A stretch of DNA of 64,000 nucleotides from Eledone cirrhosa (Eukaryota), in the NCBI GenBank assembly GCA_964016885.1, contig OZ024740.1:441874001-441938000 (forward strand), in the 5' to 3' direction. Position numbers and translations under genes: made by a program. The stretch's first letter is position 1. Every line of letters begins with the position of its first letter. A model generated the notes under the pieces. The model was not told the origin of the DNA. It saw only the letters and a list, made by a program, of their open reading frames with translations, and made no database searches. Shown here piece after piece: positions 38,622 through 53,976 of the stretch.

Positions 38622-40918
38622 CTCCGTATAAGACAAGAGCTGAAAAATATGTTTCAACATGTTAAAATAACCCCCCGCCCCACACACACACACACACGTA
38701 CACACACATTCCTAGTGACCGATTCATTTTCATTATCACAACAATGAACCGCTTTGCTACACATACACACACATATTTATCTTAATAGACACCTGGACTG
38801 TTGACCTCACAACATGACTGTAACTCAATCAAGCGGAAAAGGACACTCTTCGACAAACCTACATTTCGTGTTTAGACGGGGTGCGTAGTTGTTAAGAAAG
38901 TGAGATTCCTTGCTTATGCGCTGGGTGGGGGTGGAATTATCTTTAAATTTGTAGAGGGGAAAGATTCTAAAGTTGGGATGATTTGGGGCGGCACAGGTAT
39001 CAATGTGTTCACTCAGTGCTATTTTTCTGTATTCCCGTATTTTGATTTGGGATCTATGGACAGTCATGCGTTGGCGGAGGCTTAATTTAGCCTGGCCTAT
39101 GTATTGTTCTCGACAACCTGATCAATTTAATACATATATTAGGTTTTCTGATGCGCATGTGAAATTGTGTTTTACTATAAAACGTCCTTGTTTGAAATAG
39201 AATTCCGAACCCTCTATTAGTTTGATGCATATACCACAGTTGGGTCTATCGCATTGTTTTACTGTGGCTTTCGTTGTTGTGGTTGGCAGTACTTTGGAAT
39301 GTGTTAGGATGTTTTTCATTGACTTAGATTGTCTTTTGCTCTTTATGATATCGTGTGTTCGAAGGATTTGGTTCATTCTATGGTCCTTTTTTAATACAGG
39401 GATGTTCTGGAGGACGGTGTCAAAAGTAGAGCAAAAATCACGAGCACTCTATCTCAAAATCATTTTTGAAAAGCATAAGAAATGCGCAACCTGTGAAAGC
39501 TTAAAACTAAAACTGAATACTAACTAATACCTATTACTAATTTATACTTATTCCTAATTAAACTATTTTTCACTGGGAAAGATTTGTCAGCATTTTCTTT
39601 TCCTTTTTACTAATATATATATATATATAATGAAGGAAATATGGCAAGCAACCAGATGGCCCATAACGCACCAAACTACTCAGTACTTAGGGTAGTAGAG
39701 TGGGTAATAGGAACAAGTATGACCCCGACGAGTGGCTGCATGGCTTCCTAAAGGACAGAAGCCAGGCAGTCGCAGCAAATGGCGCCCTCTCAAAGGAAAC
39801 ACCAATAACAAGTGGGGTGCCCCAGGGGACAGTCCTGGGACCACTACTGTTTTTGGTGGCTCTCTCAGACATGCCCTCTGTAGTACATACAACAACATCC
39901 CTCACTAGCTATGCTGATGACACTAAGGTAGCACAGGCAATCAAAAACCCGGCTGACGCTGCCCTTTTACAGCAGGATCTGGATGCCATATACAAATGGG
40001 CGGAAGAAAACAACATGCAGTTTAATGTTGGCAAATTCCAAGCCCTACAATACAAACCTCCAAACAAACCTGCAAATACAAATATAGTACAACACAACTA
40101 CAGAGCACCAGGAGGGACCGAAATCCCCGTGTCAAAATCGATACGAGACCTGGGCATAGACAAGAGCGATGATGCATCTTTTTCCTCACACATCATGAAA
40201 GTGGCGACAATGTGCAGACGACTCGCTGGCTGGATCTTGAGGACTCTCCGGACAAGAGACCGTGACACCATGTTGACACTATGGAGGACATTTGTCCTAA
40301 GCCGCCTGGACTACTGCTCCCAGTTGTGGTCACCCCATAGTGTCAAACTAACCACGGAGCTTGAGGCAATCCAGCGAAGCTACACCAAGAGGATTGCCAA
40401 GATGAGGGAGACAAGCTACTGGGAGAGGCTGAAGGAACTGAACCTCTACTCCTTGGAACGAAGACGGGAGAGATACGCAGTGATCTACATGTGGAAAATC
40501 CTGGAGGGACTAGCACCAAACTTTGGCATTGGGAGCTGGACCAACCGTCGAACAGGACGTCACTGTGTGGTGCCAAAGGTCCCGTCTTCCACAGCTAGAA
40601 TAAGGAGCAGGTATTGCAATAGCCTGGGATTCAAGAGCCCTCAACTCTTAAACAGGCTGCCTAGGGATCTGAGAGACTTGCATGACGTGGAGGTGGATGT
40701 CTTCAAGAAACATCTCGACACCTTGTTATCCAGGATCCTGGATGAGCCCTCAGCAAGGCACGAGGGAAACCTAAGGGCAGCAGCAACAAACTCCCTCTTA
40801 CAGCAGTGGCCAACCTATACAGGCTGGAGATAAAATGTGTAGCAAGAAGGGCGGTGCCCCAGCATGGCCTCAGTCGGATGGCTGAAACAAGTAAAAGAGT
40901 AAAAGAGTAAAAGAGTAT
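37704..40918 (+). repeat. About 3.2 kb segmental duplicate of 29946-33250
   Basis: Same order of deleted Neptune, inverted EN, K, E and LINE, with scattered substitutions. Confidence 0.93.
39730..40916 (+). mobile_element. 5'-truncated CR1/L2-group LINE with open RT C-terminal frame
   Basis: Within ORF 39700-40833; uninterrupted YADD-containing frame; same tail as 32062-33248. Confidence 0.9.
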
Positions 40919-40937
40919 ATATATATATATATGTATA

Positions 40938-40997
<60 letters not shown>

Positions 40998-41016
40998 CAT
41001 ATATATATACATATAC

Positions 41017-41167
<151 letters not shown>

Positions 41168-41168
41168 C

Positions 41169-41283
<115 letters not shown>

Positions 41284-41284
41284 C

Positions 41285-42098
<814 letters not shown>

Positions 42099-42974
42099 AT
42101 TTACATATACCCCTCGTAATTGACAACATACCCTTTTCGTGCTTTCTTCTCTATATACTGTATTATGAAGAGCCCGATACTTATTCCTTGAGCTCATTAA
42201 ATTACAGGGATTAACGTGAGTTTTTAACTACGTTTTTTTCATTTTATATATATGTGCGTGTGTGTGTAATTTTTTTTTAAATGTAAATGCTTCTTCCATG
42301 ACCATTTTCAAGAGTTCTGAGGCCCGTGGAAGGTTGTTATCCTCAAACCAGGGTCCTAACTGAGAAGCTTGCACCAGAGTGGTTTCCACTAGAAGCGTCC
42401 AACAGTCGTGGAAATAGGACAAGATGTGGTAGTTATGTCTTTTTTTTAAACTGTCGTGTAAATAGGACAAGATGTGACAGTTATGTCTTTTACTAAAACT
42501 GTCGTGTAAATAGGACAAAATGTGAAATCGAAACTGGTGATGGTTTAGGTCGGTAACAATTTGTGCGTCAGAGAGTTTAAGGAAAAATTGAATAAATTCA
42601 ATGGTTGTGAAAAGTGAAGAATCTATCGTCGTGGGACATTACATTAATCTGAGAGTGAGAAGGAAAGACAGACAGGCAGACAGAACAATGGACTGACATA
42701 TAGACAGATATGTTTCTTTTATTTGCCACCAGGGCATCAAAAGTGGGACAAGTACAAAGGGGGGAGTTTACACAAAAAGGCGTCCTCAATAAGGAGGAGG
42801 CAATAACAATGTATAAAAATAAAATAAAATATAACAAAAAATAAAATTTATAACAAAGTCCTCAATAGAGAGGAGGCGCCTTGGGGGGTCGCACACACCC
42901 CCGAAAAAAGTGTGCAACCCTTTTCCTCAGGAGCACAGAGAGTGGGTGCTCCCTCGTTCCTTCCTCTTTTCCAC

Positions 42975-45900
42975 CTACAGGCTTATGTAAAGAGAAGGCC
43001 CATTCACACGGGCCATTCTCGCCACTTTCACCCACCTTTCATAAAAACGACTGGGGTGGAGCACCTCTCTCTCCATCCTGATCCTTCTTCCGAAATGATA
43101 TCGGAAGAAACGGACCAGTTGTTGGCCAGAGAGAAAGGTGCCTGACCTCAGTCCTTTCAGACGGGTCCACGATACAACTTCTTTCACCATGGCTATTACG
43201 CACAGAAACACCGCCTCTCCTTCATCTTTGAAGGGGGGAGGCGGCTTGATCATTACAATAGACTCGGTGATCAACCGGATCGGTCCCACCCTTGACAGCA
43301 GTTGTTCGACATAGCCCCACAGATCGGCTACGCCCGAGCAGTGTACCAATGCGTGTGCAACGGTTTCCTCGTCGCACACGCATCTGGGACAGATCTTTTT
43401 GGCGGGGTCCCTACCCGGGCGCCCGTGTCTGTAGAGCTTTTCTCGAACGGGTAGAGCCCCTCGGTAGCACTGCCAGGCCAGGGACTTCTGGAAGTTGTCC
43501 ATAGGTCCCGGGCTGAATGTCCTACCGAACAGGCTGGCCAGTTCGTCCTCCTCCATGTGTAGGGCTTCTCCGAGGGCGTCGTCGCACCTGCTGCGTACCA
43601 GCCCTCTATAGAATGTTGCGGTGGAGTCTCCACTGATAATCGGATCCGCTTGCCAGAGGGCGGTGAGCGCCTGGGCACACTCAGTGTGCCAGGCGCCCAG
43701 TTTTCTCGGTCTTTGCTTGACCCAGGATTGCAGCTCGGTGAGTGAGACGAGTCTGGGAAAGGTTCGTCTCACAAACGAGGCCCACACTGGTTGACCGGTG
43801 AGGAATACGTAGAGGTGCCGTAGCCTTAATGCGTGTTTACGCATCATTAGCCACGGCATCCCCAGCCCTCCTTTCGAAGGGTGTTGACAGCAGATGGATC
43901 TCCTCACCATAGGAGCCCGCCTCTTCCAAAGGAATTGGAAGAGCGCGCGCTCCATCTTGGTGAGGGTTTCCCTTGGGCAGGGCACTACGGTCAGGCGGTA
44001 GTAGATGACGGACGCTATATAGGTGTTCGCCACCTCCGCCCGACCTTTCAGGGATAGTTTGCAACTGGCCCACTTCTGGGTCAGTGCAAATACCCTGTTC
44101 GTAACCTCCGCCCAGTTTTTCTCCACCTGGAGGTCCGGTCCGAACCAGACCCCGAGCAACTTCACCGGGCCCTCCGTCCAGCGTCCGACGACGCCATCGG
44201 AGGGCATCGGTCTGCCCCTCCACGTGCCGAGTTGCAAACCGATCGACTTGTCCCGGTTCAGCTTAGCCCCTGTGAACCTTTCGTACTCCTCCAGTAAGGT
44301 GCCGTCGACACCATTACTGTCACGTCATCGGCGTAGGCCGACACCGCTTTCCGCAATCCCGGTTCGAAAGGGATGCCCTGCAACAACTCCAACTTCCGCA
44401 GTAGTGGCTCGAGAGTCAACACATACAGAAGGGAGGAGAGAGGGCACCCTTGTCGGATGGACCGCGCGATTTTGAACGGCTCCGAGAGGTAGCCGTTCAC
44501 CTTGACCCTAGAGCAGATGCGGTCGCTGTGCATAGCAGTGATCCAGCCCCTGAAAACGGGTCCGAAGCCTGCCGCCGCTAGCACCGCATCCAGGTAACCA
44601 TGGTCGACCCTATCGAACGCCTTAGATTGAACCAAGTTGATCAGAGCCCCACCAAAGCCGGGTTCGTTCCCAACCCTCTCTATGATATATCGAATGAGGT
44701 GGAGGTTGTCATGGATGGACCTGGACGGGATAGCGCATGTCTGCGCATCTCCCACCAGGTTGCCCACGACAAGCGCCAACCTCTTTGCTAGCACCTTGGC
44801 CAAAATCTGTAACTCTGTATTTAGCAGAGTTATGGGCCTGAAGTTACTTATTTCGTCCCCCTTGTTCTCGTCCCTCCTCACTAGCGTGACTACGCCCTTG
44901 GTCACAGTACAGGGAATTCTCCTGTTCTGTTGCCAGTTGCAGTAGACCGCCTCGAGGAGATCGGGGAACAAGTCCGGCATAGCTAGATATAATTCGTAAG
45001 GAATACCATCGAGACCCAGGGATTTGCGTTTGCCGCATTGGCTCAGCACGTCCTCTATCTCAGCGGCCGAAATCGGCTCCTCGCAGGACTTCGCCTCCCT
45101 GTCCGAGAGGCGCGGCAGGCCGTCGAGGTATGGACCGAAGTCCACGTTCCCAACCGGCTCCCCGCCCCTCCCGAACAGTCGGGAAAAGTGCCTTTGAAAG
45201 GCCTCACACATCTGCTTAGGCTCAAGAATCGCCCGTCCATCCAGGTCTCGCAAAGACCGGATGGTGGATTTAGTTCCACTGTTGGCCTCTGTCACGCGGG
45301 CCCAGCTAACAGCTTTGGTCCCCTCGTTCCCTAGAGCACGTATTTTACTTCGGACAACGCAGCCTTCGTGCTTCGCGTCGAAAAACTGGCTCAAAGCCGT
45401 TCTCGACGCTAGCACTCTGGCCACGTCGCCGCTTCTAATTGCCTCTTCTACTCTATCTATTAGCTCCCTTTCCTTCCTATTCCTATCCGCAGCTAGAACC
45501 TTACTAAATTCTATCGAGACTACTCTAATCTCTCTCTTTAGAGATACCCACCACCTGCTGTTGACGATCGCTCCAGTCAACCGTTCCTTAACTAACGTAC
45601 TAATCCGATCCCTGTAGGCTCTACTTACCGGCAAGGACAAGTTGAGCTTCCAGTAACCGGGGCCCTGTCTATGCGTTCTATCAAGGTTGACCATGCAGGT
45701 CACCAACTTGTGGTCTGAATAGCCAACCATGAGCATTTCTGGACAACTTAAAAAGTCCCTGTCCTTATTTCTAACTAAAAATCTATCTAGGTACGACCTA
45801 GATGATCCGCTGCGATTTGACCAAGACCAGGTTGGCACCGTCGGAAAATCTAGTCGAAATCTATCGGCCAGGTCAAATCGGCCGAGTAACCCCTTGAGGC

Positions 45901-46365
45901 TGTTGCACCCCTCTCTATCGGGACATGCCCCTGCATAGTCCCAACGTGCATCCAGGATACCATTCCAATCCCCCCTAGAAAAGACTCCAGACGCTGGAAA
46001 AAGTCGGGCCGCTCTGTCCCAAAAGGTGCATATGCGGCTACCAGCCTAAAGGCTCTACCTTCACCACTGTCAAGGTCCAGCACCACCAGTCGACCCCCTG
46101 GGTCCAAGTGAACTATCTGTGTTGCAAGGCCCATATGTTTTTGCAGCAGAACGACAACCCCACCCCCACCTCCGGGCTGACAGAGAGATGCGTGCATCTC
46201 AAAGTCGTCAAAGGTGGGGGCTAGCTGCCGCATGCTGTTGATCCGGGCCTCGCAGATAACCATCACATTTATAGATTGTGACCTGAGGTCATTTAGAAGC
46301 ATTGCTTGCTTCCAAGACGAGCCCAGGCCACGCGCATTTAGACACCCTACTCTTAGCACAGCCAT
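42975..46365 (-). pseudogene. Tx1 ORF2 (APE endonuclease, RT, zinc-binding domain), frameshifted
   Basis: GCLNARGL, GDWN (other frame), SYLDRF, SDHK, GPGYWKLN, NFRPITLLN, KAFDRVDH, RQGCPLS, AYADD, CPRC..ETVAH..VHC. Confidence 0.93.
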
Positions 46366-46420
46366 GTTGGTGGTAAGGAGAAAAGGCACTTACCTCTCTG
46401 CGTCCCGGGAAACGGGCCGC

Positions 46421-47081
46421 TCAATTTCCATGCTGGTTGGGGATGGGTTGTTGGGTGGGGTGGTGGTTTGTGGAAGTGAAGGGACATCGGTGTGTTGTGG
46501 GGTTGGGGTGTTTGTGGTTGAGTGGGTGTCTGGGTGGGGTGGGGGTGGGGGATTTTTTTAGGAGGACGCGGTTGATTGGTTTGGCGCAGGGGGGGGGGGG
46601 GGCCACGTCCTCCGTGAAATTTATTTTCAGTGTTTTGTACAAGTGCATTGGGACTTTTATCATTTTTAAATGAGGTAGTCCCACAGCAGTTTTAAAGTTA
46701 GGCCCTTCAGTTTGGACCGAAGGGTTTGCTGAAATTGTTTTCCGTAATTCTTTGTTGTCTGTGTTCATGTATGTATATTGTAAGGTCTTTTTTTGTGTAG
46801 CAGATAGTGTTGTGTGACAGGGAGTGGTGGTTTGTGTGTAGTTTGTGTTCTCTTGGGGGGGGGGGGGTAAAGTTAACATGTGTGTCTGTGGTGCGTCTCC
46901 TCTTCTTTCTTTTTACTTGTTGGAAGGGATCTTTTTCGTCTTGCGACGAAAGGGGTTCGTCTTCCCTGTTGGGTGGGAGGGGTATGTTTTCTGGTAGTGT
47001 TTGCGGTGTGTGTGTTTTTGTATTTGTTTTGGGTGGGGAGGGATTGGGTGGGACAGTATTCTGTGTTATTTTTTCACGTGT

Positions 47082-47118
<37 letters not shown>

Positions 47119-48287
47119 GGTGGTGGTGGTGGTGGTGGTGATGGTGGTGGTGGGGTTGTTGGTTTTTGTTGTTGTTGTTGTTGTGGTTGTTTTTGTTGTT
47201 GTTGTTGGGGTGGTGTTGGTGTTGGTAGCAGTGTTTTTTTCTGTGTGAGCTGGGGACAGGCAGCCCTCAGGTGACCTCTATTGCCACAGAGGTAACAGGA
47301 GGGATGCCTACCCTCCACAATAATGTTGAGGTGGGTACGGTCATCCAGCATGACGCGCTCAGGGATTTGGGCGATGCGTTCTGGCCTTATTTGGGTCAGA
47401 ACTTCGATGCTCGTACCACTGAACGCGTCGCCGGATGCCTTCCCTATTGAAATGAGGTTGTCCTCGTCTAAATTGAGGAAACCGGTTAGTAACCACCAGT
47501 AGTTTATGTTTGGGGTGATGGTGGTTATCCATATCCTCTGGGGTTTGTTACCCATGTAGGTGGGGAAGGTGTAGTGTGTGGACCGAATTGGCGACACAGA
47601 GTATTTTTTCGCCGCCAATTCGTCTTTCATCAATATGGATAAACTCCCATAGAGTTTATCCTTTTGTATAAAAGTGATGTCTCTCATCGCTTCTTTCAAG
47701 ACTAACTGAATTTCAGCTTGAGATGGTTGTGCTGGTTTTTTGTTTTATTTAAAATTGTTCGGAATACGACAGTTCGTAATTCCGTCTGTTTTTTTAGTTC
47801 TGGAGGTGAATGTATAGAAAACGAACCGTTTTCGCCAAAAGATACATATTTCTTGGCTTTTTCCAGCATTTCTTTTGCTTTTGAAATGTCTTCCAGCACA
47901 TACGCGACTGATAATTTAGCCGTTTGTGCAAAAGATATTTTGTTTTCGCTTTGGATTTTAGTATTGTTTTGTTTCTCGTCGTTTGAGTTGTTTTCATCTT
48001 TGTTGTTGTTGTTGTCTTTCTCGTTTGGTGTGTGGATACTTGTGACGTTTGTGTTGTGTTTTTTTTTTGTTGTCTTTATTGTTGCTGTTGTTGTCGTTGT
48101 TGTTGTTGTTGTTTTCAAATTCTTGTATAGTTATGGCTACATCTAATTGTCGGTCAACAGGTGAAGACAATTATTCCTCTCTCTGACCTCTGCCTTTGGC
48201 ATCTGCTGCTGTGACTGTGGCAGGGGGAAGCTGTGAGTATGACTTCCCCTTTCCTTCTTTGATTGATGGTGAAGATGCTTCAGCCAT
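46421..48287 (-). pseudogene. Tx1 ORF1 (gag-like zinc knuckle, P/Q-rich), frameshifted
   Basis: VEGRHPSCYLCGNRGHLRAACP, poly-Q/P, FQQVKRKKRRR; candidate ATG at 48287. Confidence 0.8.
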
Positions 48288-48829
48288 TTTTCTCAAAATA
48301 GGGTTTTTCGAAGTTTTTCGAAAGATAAAATGTTTACAATACTATTTCGCCCAAAGGCGCAGAATATTTTGAGAGACCGACCAGATCAAAATTTGACCTG
48401 GCAGTCCCTCTACAAAATGGTACAAAAATGAAAGTTTACAGTTTACAATTTCCGTATGAATTTAAACAAAACTTACCGAGCGAGCTCAGCACATGTGTCC
48501 ATCGTAAAATAGATAGATGGACAAACAGACAGGAAAAAGACAGAGAGAGAAAAACAATGAAACAGGCCTCGGCAAACTAAGAACGACTAGCTCCGATAAA
48601 CAGAATTAGTAGTGTGAAAGTGTTTCGTTGTTCCAGAAATCAAACCCTTTGGCGGGAAAGTTAAGCTGCGATTTATTCATGTCCTTTTATTTGTTTATCA
48701 TCGGCTTAACAACATTGAAAGGGGAGGTAAGTGGTGCCAGTCCACTATGTTGTATATGGACTTGAAAGACTATCCTCTTTGTAAAATAGATTTAAATGAC
48801 ATTGTTAAGTAACAAAGCCCCTGTTTATA

Positions 48830-49980
48830 CAGGGTGTCTAAAAAAACTGGTTCCATTTTTATTTTTATCTACATTATTCATTTTATGACTTCATTTTATG
48901 GTAGGTGGATTGGCAGTATCGGTAGAGGGTGGGACGCCATGCTTTGACGCATAGAGTTATGGCCCTTGCCATTCTGAGTTCATATCCCGCCGGGGTTAAT
49001 TTTGCCTTTCATCCTTACGGGGTCTATAAAATAAAGTACCAGTAATGCACTGGGATAATTGCTCGCCTTGTGCCAAAAAGTAGAAACAATTATTCATTTT
49101 ATGACAAAATCTTATGAAATTCTGGATATTCTAACCATTCGAAACAATATATTAAAAGTTCACTATCTTCCGATGTTTCTGTCTAGAATTACAGCACATG
49201 TTCCAACTGAACCCCATTTGAATCCATGTATTGTTTTGAAGTACATGTTGAAGTTTGGCATAACGCATTTACAAACAGACCTAGGGATGGCTCTGATCTC
49301 CTCCCTCATATTTTTCTTTAGGGTTTGTAGATATATACGTTATCCTTCACCTATTGAAAAAAATCAGCCTTCAAACTAATCACTCAATTTCCAAAGTTAT
49401 TTTTCAGTCATTCTTGCGACTCATTGGGTATGTGACAGCTTTCTTCGTCTTGAAGAAACCACAACGTATTCATTAGAGGTAGGCACTTGCTCTGTAGCTC
49501 TTTTTTGAAATCTTCCGGGACCTCCACATAGCGTCCCTTTGGGACTGTACCAGTGACACTATTTTCTTCAAACAAGAAAGAGCCAATGAACCCTCTCTCA
49601 GAAATAGCAGCCCAGAGGGTACATTTAGCCGAGGAGAGGTGTTCTACAGCCACTTCAGTGGGTTTCTCTGACCCCCAGAACACATTGTTGTTACAGTTGA
49701 TCTTCCCTTCTAAATAAAAGAGGCCTTCATCGGAGTTTCACAGCAGATTCAGAAAATCTCGATTGTTTTCTATCTTCTCCATCATTTTCTCATTCACAGC
49801 CATTCTCTTGGTCTTATCAATTGCTGTAAGCTTTTGTTTAGTCAGTTTTCTGTAGCAGAACTTCCTAAGATCCCATAGACAACTCTTCTGCAAGTTTTTC
49901 AAGAGAGACTCAAGGGTTTCTTTCTCCTATGCAGCGATCATTTTGGGCTCTGTTAAACAGACTCTGACCATGTGAATAAC
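48830..49980 (-). mobile_element. Tc1/mariner-superfamily relic
   Basis: TA|CAGGGTGTC TIR at 48830; FWGSE.P...H..S.K.TLWAAIS..G.IG.F.FE...TV...RY...LWFLQD...H in 49408-49683. Confidence 0.75.
48905..49092 (+). mobile_element. tRNA-derived SINE inserted in the mariner relic
   Basis: Same family as 7036-7224; TTATTCATTTTATGAC occurs on both sides (TSD-like). Confidence 0.85.
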
Positions 49981-50933
49981 TTCCCGTGTACGTTTCCTGG
50001 GTTGTCCAGAGTGGGTAGGACAGTGCTCATACATTATATTCGGGTTCTCCACTCTTGCATAACTCTCAAACGTTCTAAAGATTTCATTAAACTTCTCCTG
50101 GGGCTGCTTATACTAGACACACTTATAGTAGTGTTTCACGCAGGAAATCCGGTGTTGGGGCTCTCATTGGAGTGTTGGGGTCTTCTCAGTCATTGTATCT
50201 GCCATGTCCATTTAAGGTTAATAGGCCAGAAAATGTATACACAATAACACAAAATGTACGGAGGTCAGTTTTGTTGGTTCTTTTGTGGGTCTGGATAGGT
50301 AAGGTAAGAGACATAATCCTGGCTTCTTCTCCCGTTTAAAGTTATTTCACTTCATTAATGTAGAAGGAACTTAACAAATATTCCATATCGCCTCAATCTA
50401 TACAATTGCCGCTTTATGTTTTTAAGAAACTTGTTTGCTATTTTTTCTAGTGGGCAGGGGGGGTTAAAGATGCAAAAGAGAAAACTCTATTAAGGACTGA
50501 ATCCTTAATAGATATTCCTATCAAGTTTTCTTCTTTTCTATCAGATTAGGTGGCTTTTTCTTTTCTTTTATTTATTATTTATTATTGTTATTGTTATTGT
50601 TATTATTATCGTTTCTATTATTATTGTTGTTGTTTCCCCCACTGATAGACTGAAGGATGCCAACAGCATAATTGGTATGAAAGAAGCAGTGGAGACGGAA
50701 TAATTGCAGTGTAAAGCCATGAGAATATAAAGCATTGCGATTGAGGAATGCTAGAAATCTCCCTTGCACTCTGCAAACAAGTGAAACTCTCCGTGTTAGT
50801 CAGATGGGAACACACAAGCAATGCTTGCATGGAAAATCGAATGAGCAAAAGCTTCCATTATTCCTTGTGGACACAAGTTGGTAGATTTTCAATAGAACCT
50901 GTATATATTCTGCCTGTGTAAGTGTATAAACAC

Positions 50934-51505
<572 letters not shown>

Positions 51506-52389
51506 GTGTTCCTCTCTCTCTCTTGACATGATATTAAGTTATATGAATACGTCTGTGCAAGTATTCAGCAAATGTAAGTCTAATATCTATGTATATTTCC
51601 ACATCTCCCTGCCTCTATTTATCTATGTATCATTGCATTACATCGCATATATATATATATATATAACATATATATATATACATATGTGTGTGTTTGACTA
51701 TATATCTGTGTGTGTACCCCTTCTTATGAGCTTTGTCTGTATCAATATGCTTATGAACTTGGAGAGTAAATTCAGTGCGTGTGATCAATATATAATTCTA
51801 TAGATGCATCACTTGGCGCAAACACTACTATCTGCAATTGTGTGTATACATGTGTGTATAGAGGTGTATCTGTTTAATATCAGTATGTTCGCTATGTATC
51901 TGGGAATCTCAGTCTATAGCAATGAATACAAGTACAAATATATCCTGTTCTATACCATACCAATTTTCGTAATGTTTAAATTACTGATAGCTCCGTGATT
52001 TTATATAGAATACACTTTCTGCTGGTGTGTACCGGGTCATCCTTTACAATAGAATAAGTGTGTTTCTGCCTTTAAAATCTGCAATATATGTACTTGTCTT
52101 GTCAGTGGTAAGAAACTGTCAGGTGAGCTGGACAGCAGAAGGTCTTCAGATAAGAACCTCAAGCGAGTGTTTCGGCCTTTCTTACACTCTAAGAGAGCTG
52201 GGCCGAGCTGTGACTAGTGGGTGCCCTTCTACTGACATTTAGCCGTTCGGAAATCGGAGACTTGCTGTGTGGAGATTTTGTTGAATATATGTTTCTGCCT
52301 TGTCTGTATAAATCGTTTTTAGACATCCTATAGCAATCTTTAGTAATATATACTACTATGCGATCGACCATGTGTATATATATATACAT

Positions 52390-52640
52390 ACTATTGTGTG
52401 GTAGACTATATGAATATATATTAAGAGCCGGTGGTAGGCCCATATCCATTTGTTCAAAAGACCAGACAAATCCAACCAAAATATACTCGTCTCCTATGCC
52501 TGGAACCTCAAGAGGAACTCCACCCCTTTCACGGTCAAATAGAAATTGCTCCAGAGAGCGCGCTCATATGTAGGAAGACACAAGTGTTGCGATCTTTGTA
52601 TTTCGGAGAGCTATGAAATACTAACAAGGGCCCGACACGG
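52390..52640 (+). pseudogene. Nematis-type GIY-YIG C-terminal remnant
   Basis: SYAWNLK...KLLQRARSY...CDLCISESYEIL. Confidence 0.7.
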
Positions 52641-52766
52641 AACAAACTCTCTCAACACTGCCCCAACTACACAAAAACTATGTATTAGTTCTGCCCCCAG
52701 AACATATGTGTGTATATGTGTGTGTATTTGTTTATGTGTGTGTGAGTGTGTATATATGTATATATT

Positions 52767-52799
<33 letters not shown>

Positions 52800-53016
52800 G
52801 CATGTATATATGTATACATGTGTATGTGTATATGTATATGTATATATGTGTGTATATGTATTTGTGTGTATATTTGTATGTGTGTGTATATTTGTATGTG
52901 TGTGTATATTTGTATGTGTATGTGTGTATATATGTGTATACATGTGTATATGTATATATATATATATATGTGTGTGTATGTATATATATATGTGTGTGTG
53001 TGTGTATGTATATATA

Positions 53017-53113
<97 letters not shown>

Positions 53114-53687
53114 TTGTAAACACCTGACCATTTTGCAGACTTTGACAGAGCATGTTATACGACCACTTAATGAAAAGCCTTTGTTAGTTTAGAATAAATG
53201 AACCTTAAAAACTAGGAGTGCCTGCATTTGTATCATTCTGTATCACTGTACTTTTCTCTAAATATAGTTTTTTCAAAGAATCCTCATTCTTTAAATCCAT
53301 CTGTCAATGACCCCCCTCCCATCTCAATCACCACCTTCCCCCTACCACCAGAAAATGAAGTCAGACACACACAAAAACCAAACTAACAAAACAAATCAGG
53401 CACACAGATAGAACAAACAACCAACTAGTGACAAGTAAATAAACATACAAACATACACACACACACGCGCGCAAAATTTTTTAACAGTTATGTAGGTTTA
53501 TATTATATTAGTAGTTATTTATTATTATGTATCTTTATAAGCTTTCTCACACGCACCCTCTGTATTATATGTAATTTTTTCATGTCTCAATCTTAAGGTA
53601 TATAAATATTGAGTTTTGTCCTAACTAATTCACTGCCATGACTGAATTTTAACCATCAACATAGTCAAAGTATGTCAAGCATCAACT

Positions 53688-53754
53688 TATTTTATCTGAT
53701 GAGGACGTACTGTTGAAAATAGCTCAGTACCTCTGAAATATGTATAATAAAATA
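53688..53754 (+). ncRNA. Hammerhead, family G
   Basis: TATTTTAT-CTGATGA-GGAcGTACTG...CAGTACctct-GAAA-TATGTA-TA-ATAAAATA; about 145 bp upstream of (TA)n. Confidence 0.7.
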
Positions 53755-53892
53755 TACTTGATCACATGAATGTCTATATTTGTTAATATTTTGAATTAAT
53801 ATTAATAACTCCGGAAAACCAAATACTGTGGAGTGCTTCTAATCTATTGTGAAACTGTATTCATTGATTTATTCATTGAACATTGTTTAACC

Positions 53893-53968
<76 letters not shown>

Positions 53969-53976
<8 letters not shown>

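Larger units (their letters stand above)
42712..48505 (-). mobile_element. Near full-length Tx1-clade (L1 group) LINE
   Basis: ORF1 with CCHC knuckle, then APE, RT and C-terminal Cys domain; AATAAA near the 3' end; GACA/GATA-type microsatellite flanks. Confidence 0.92.

Noticed and set aside
52135-52185. Type II hammerhead-like order on the minus strand (GAAA...CTGAAGA)
   Set aside because: Stems do not pair in register and there is no NUH.
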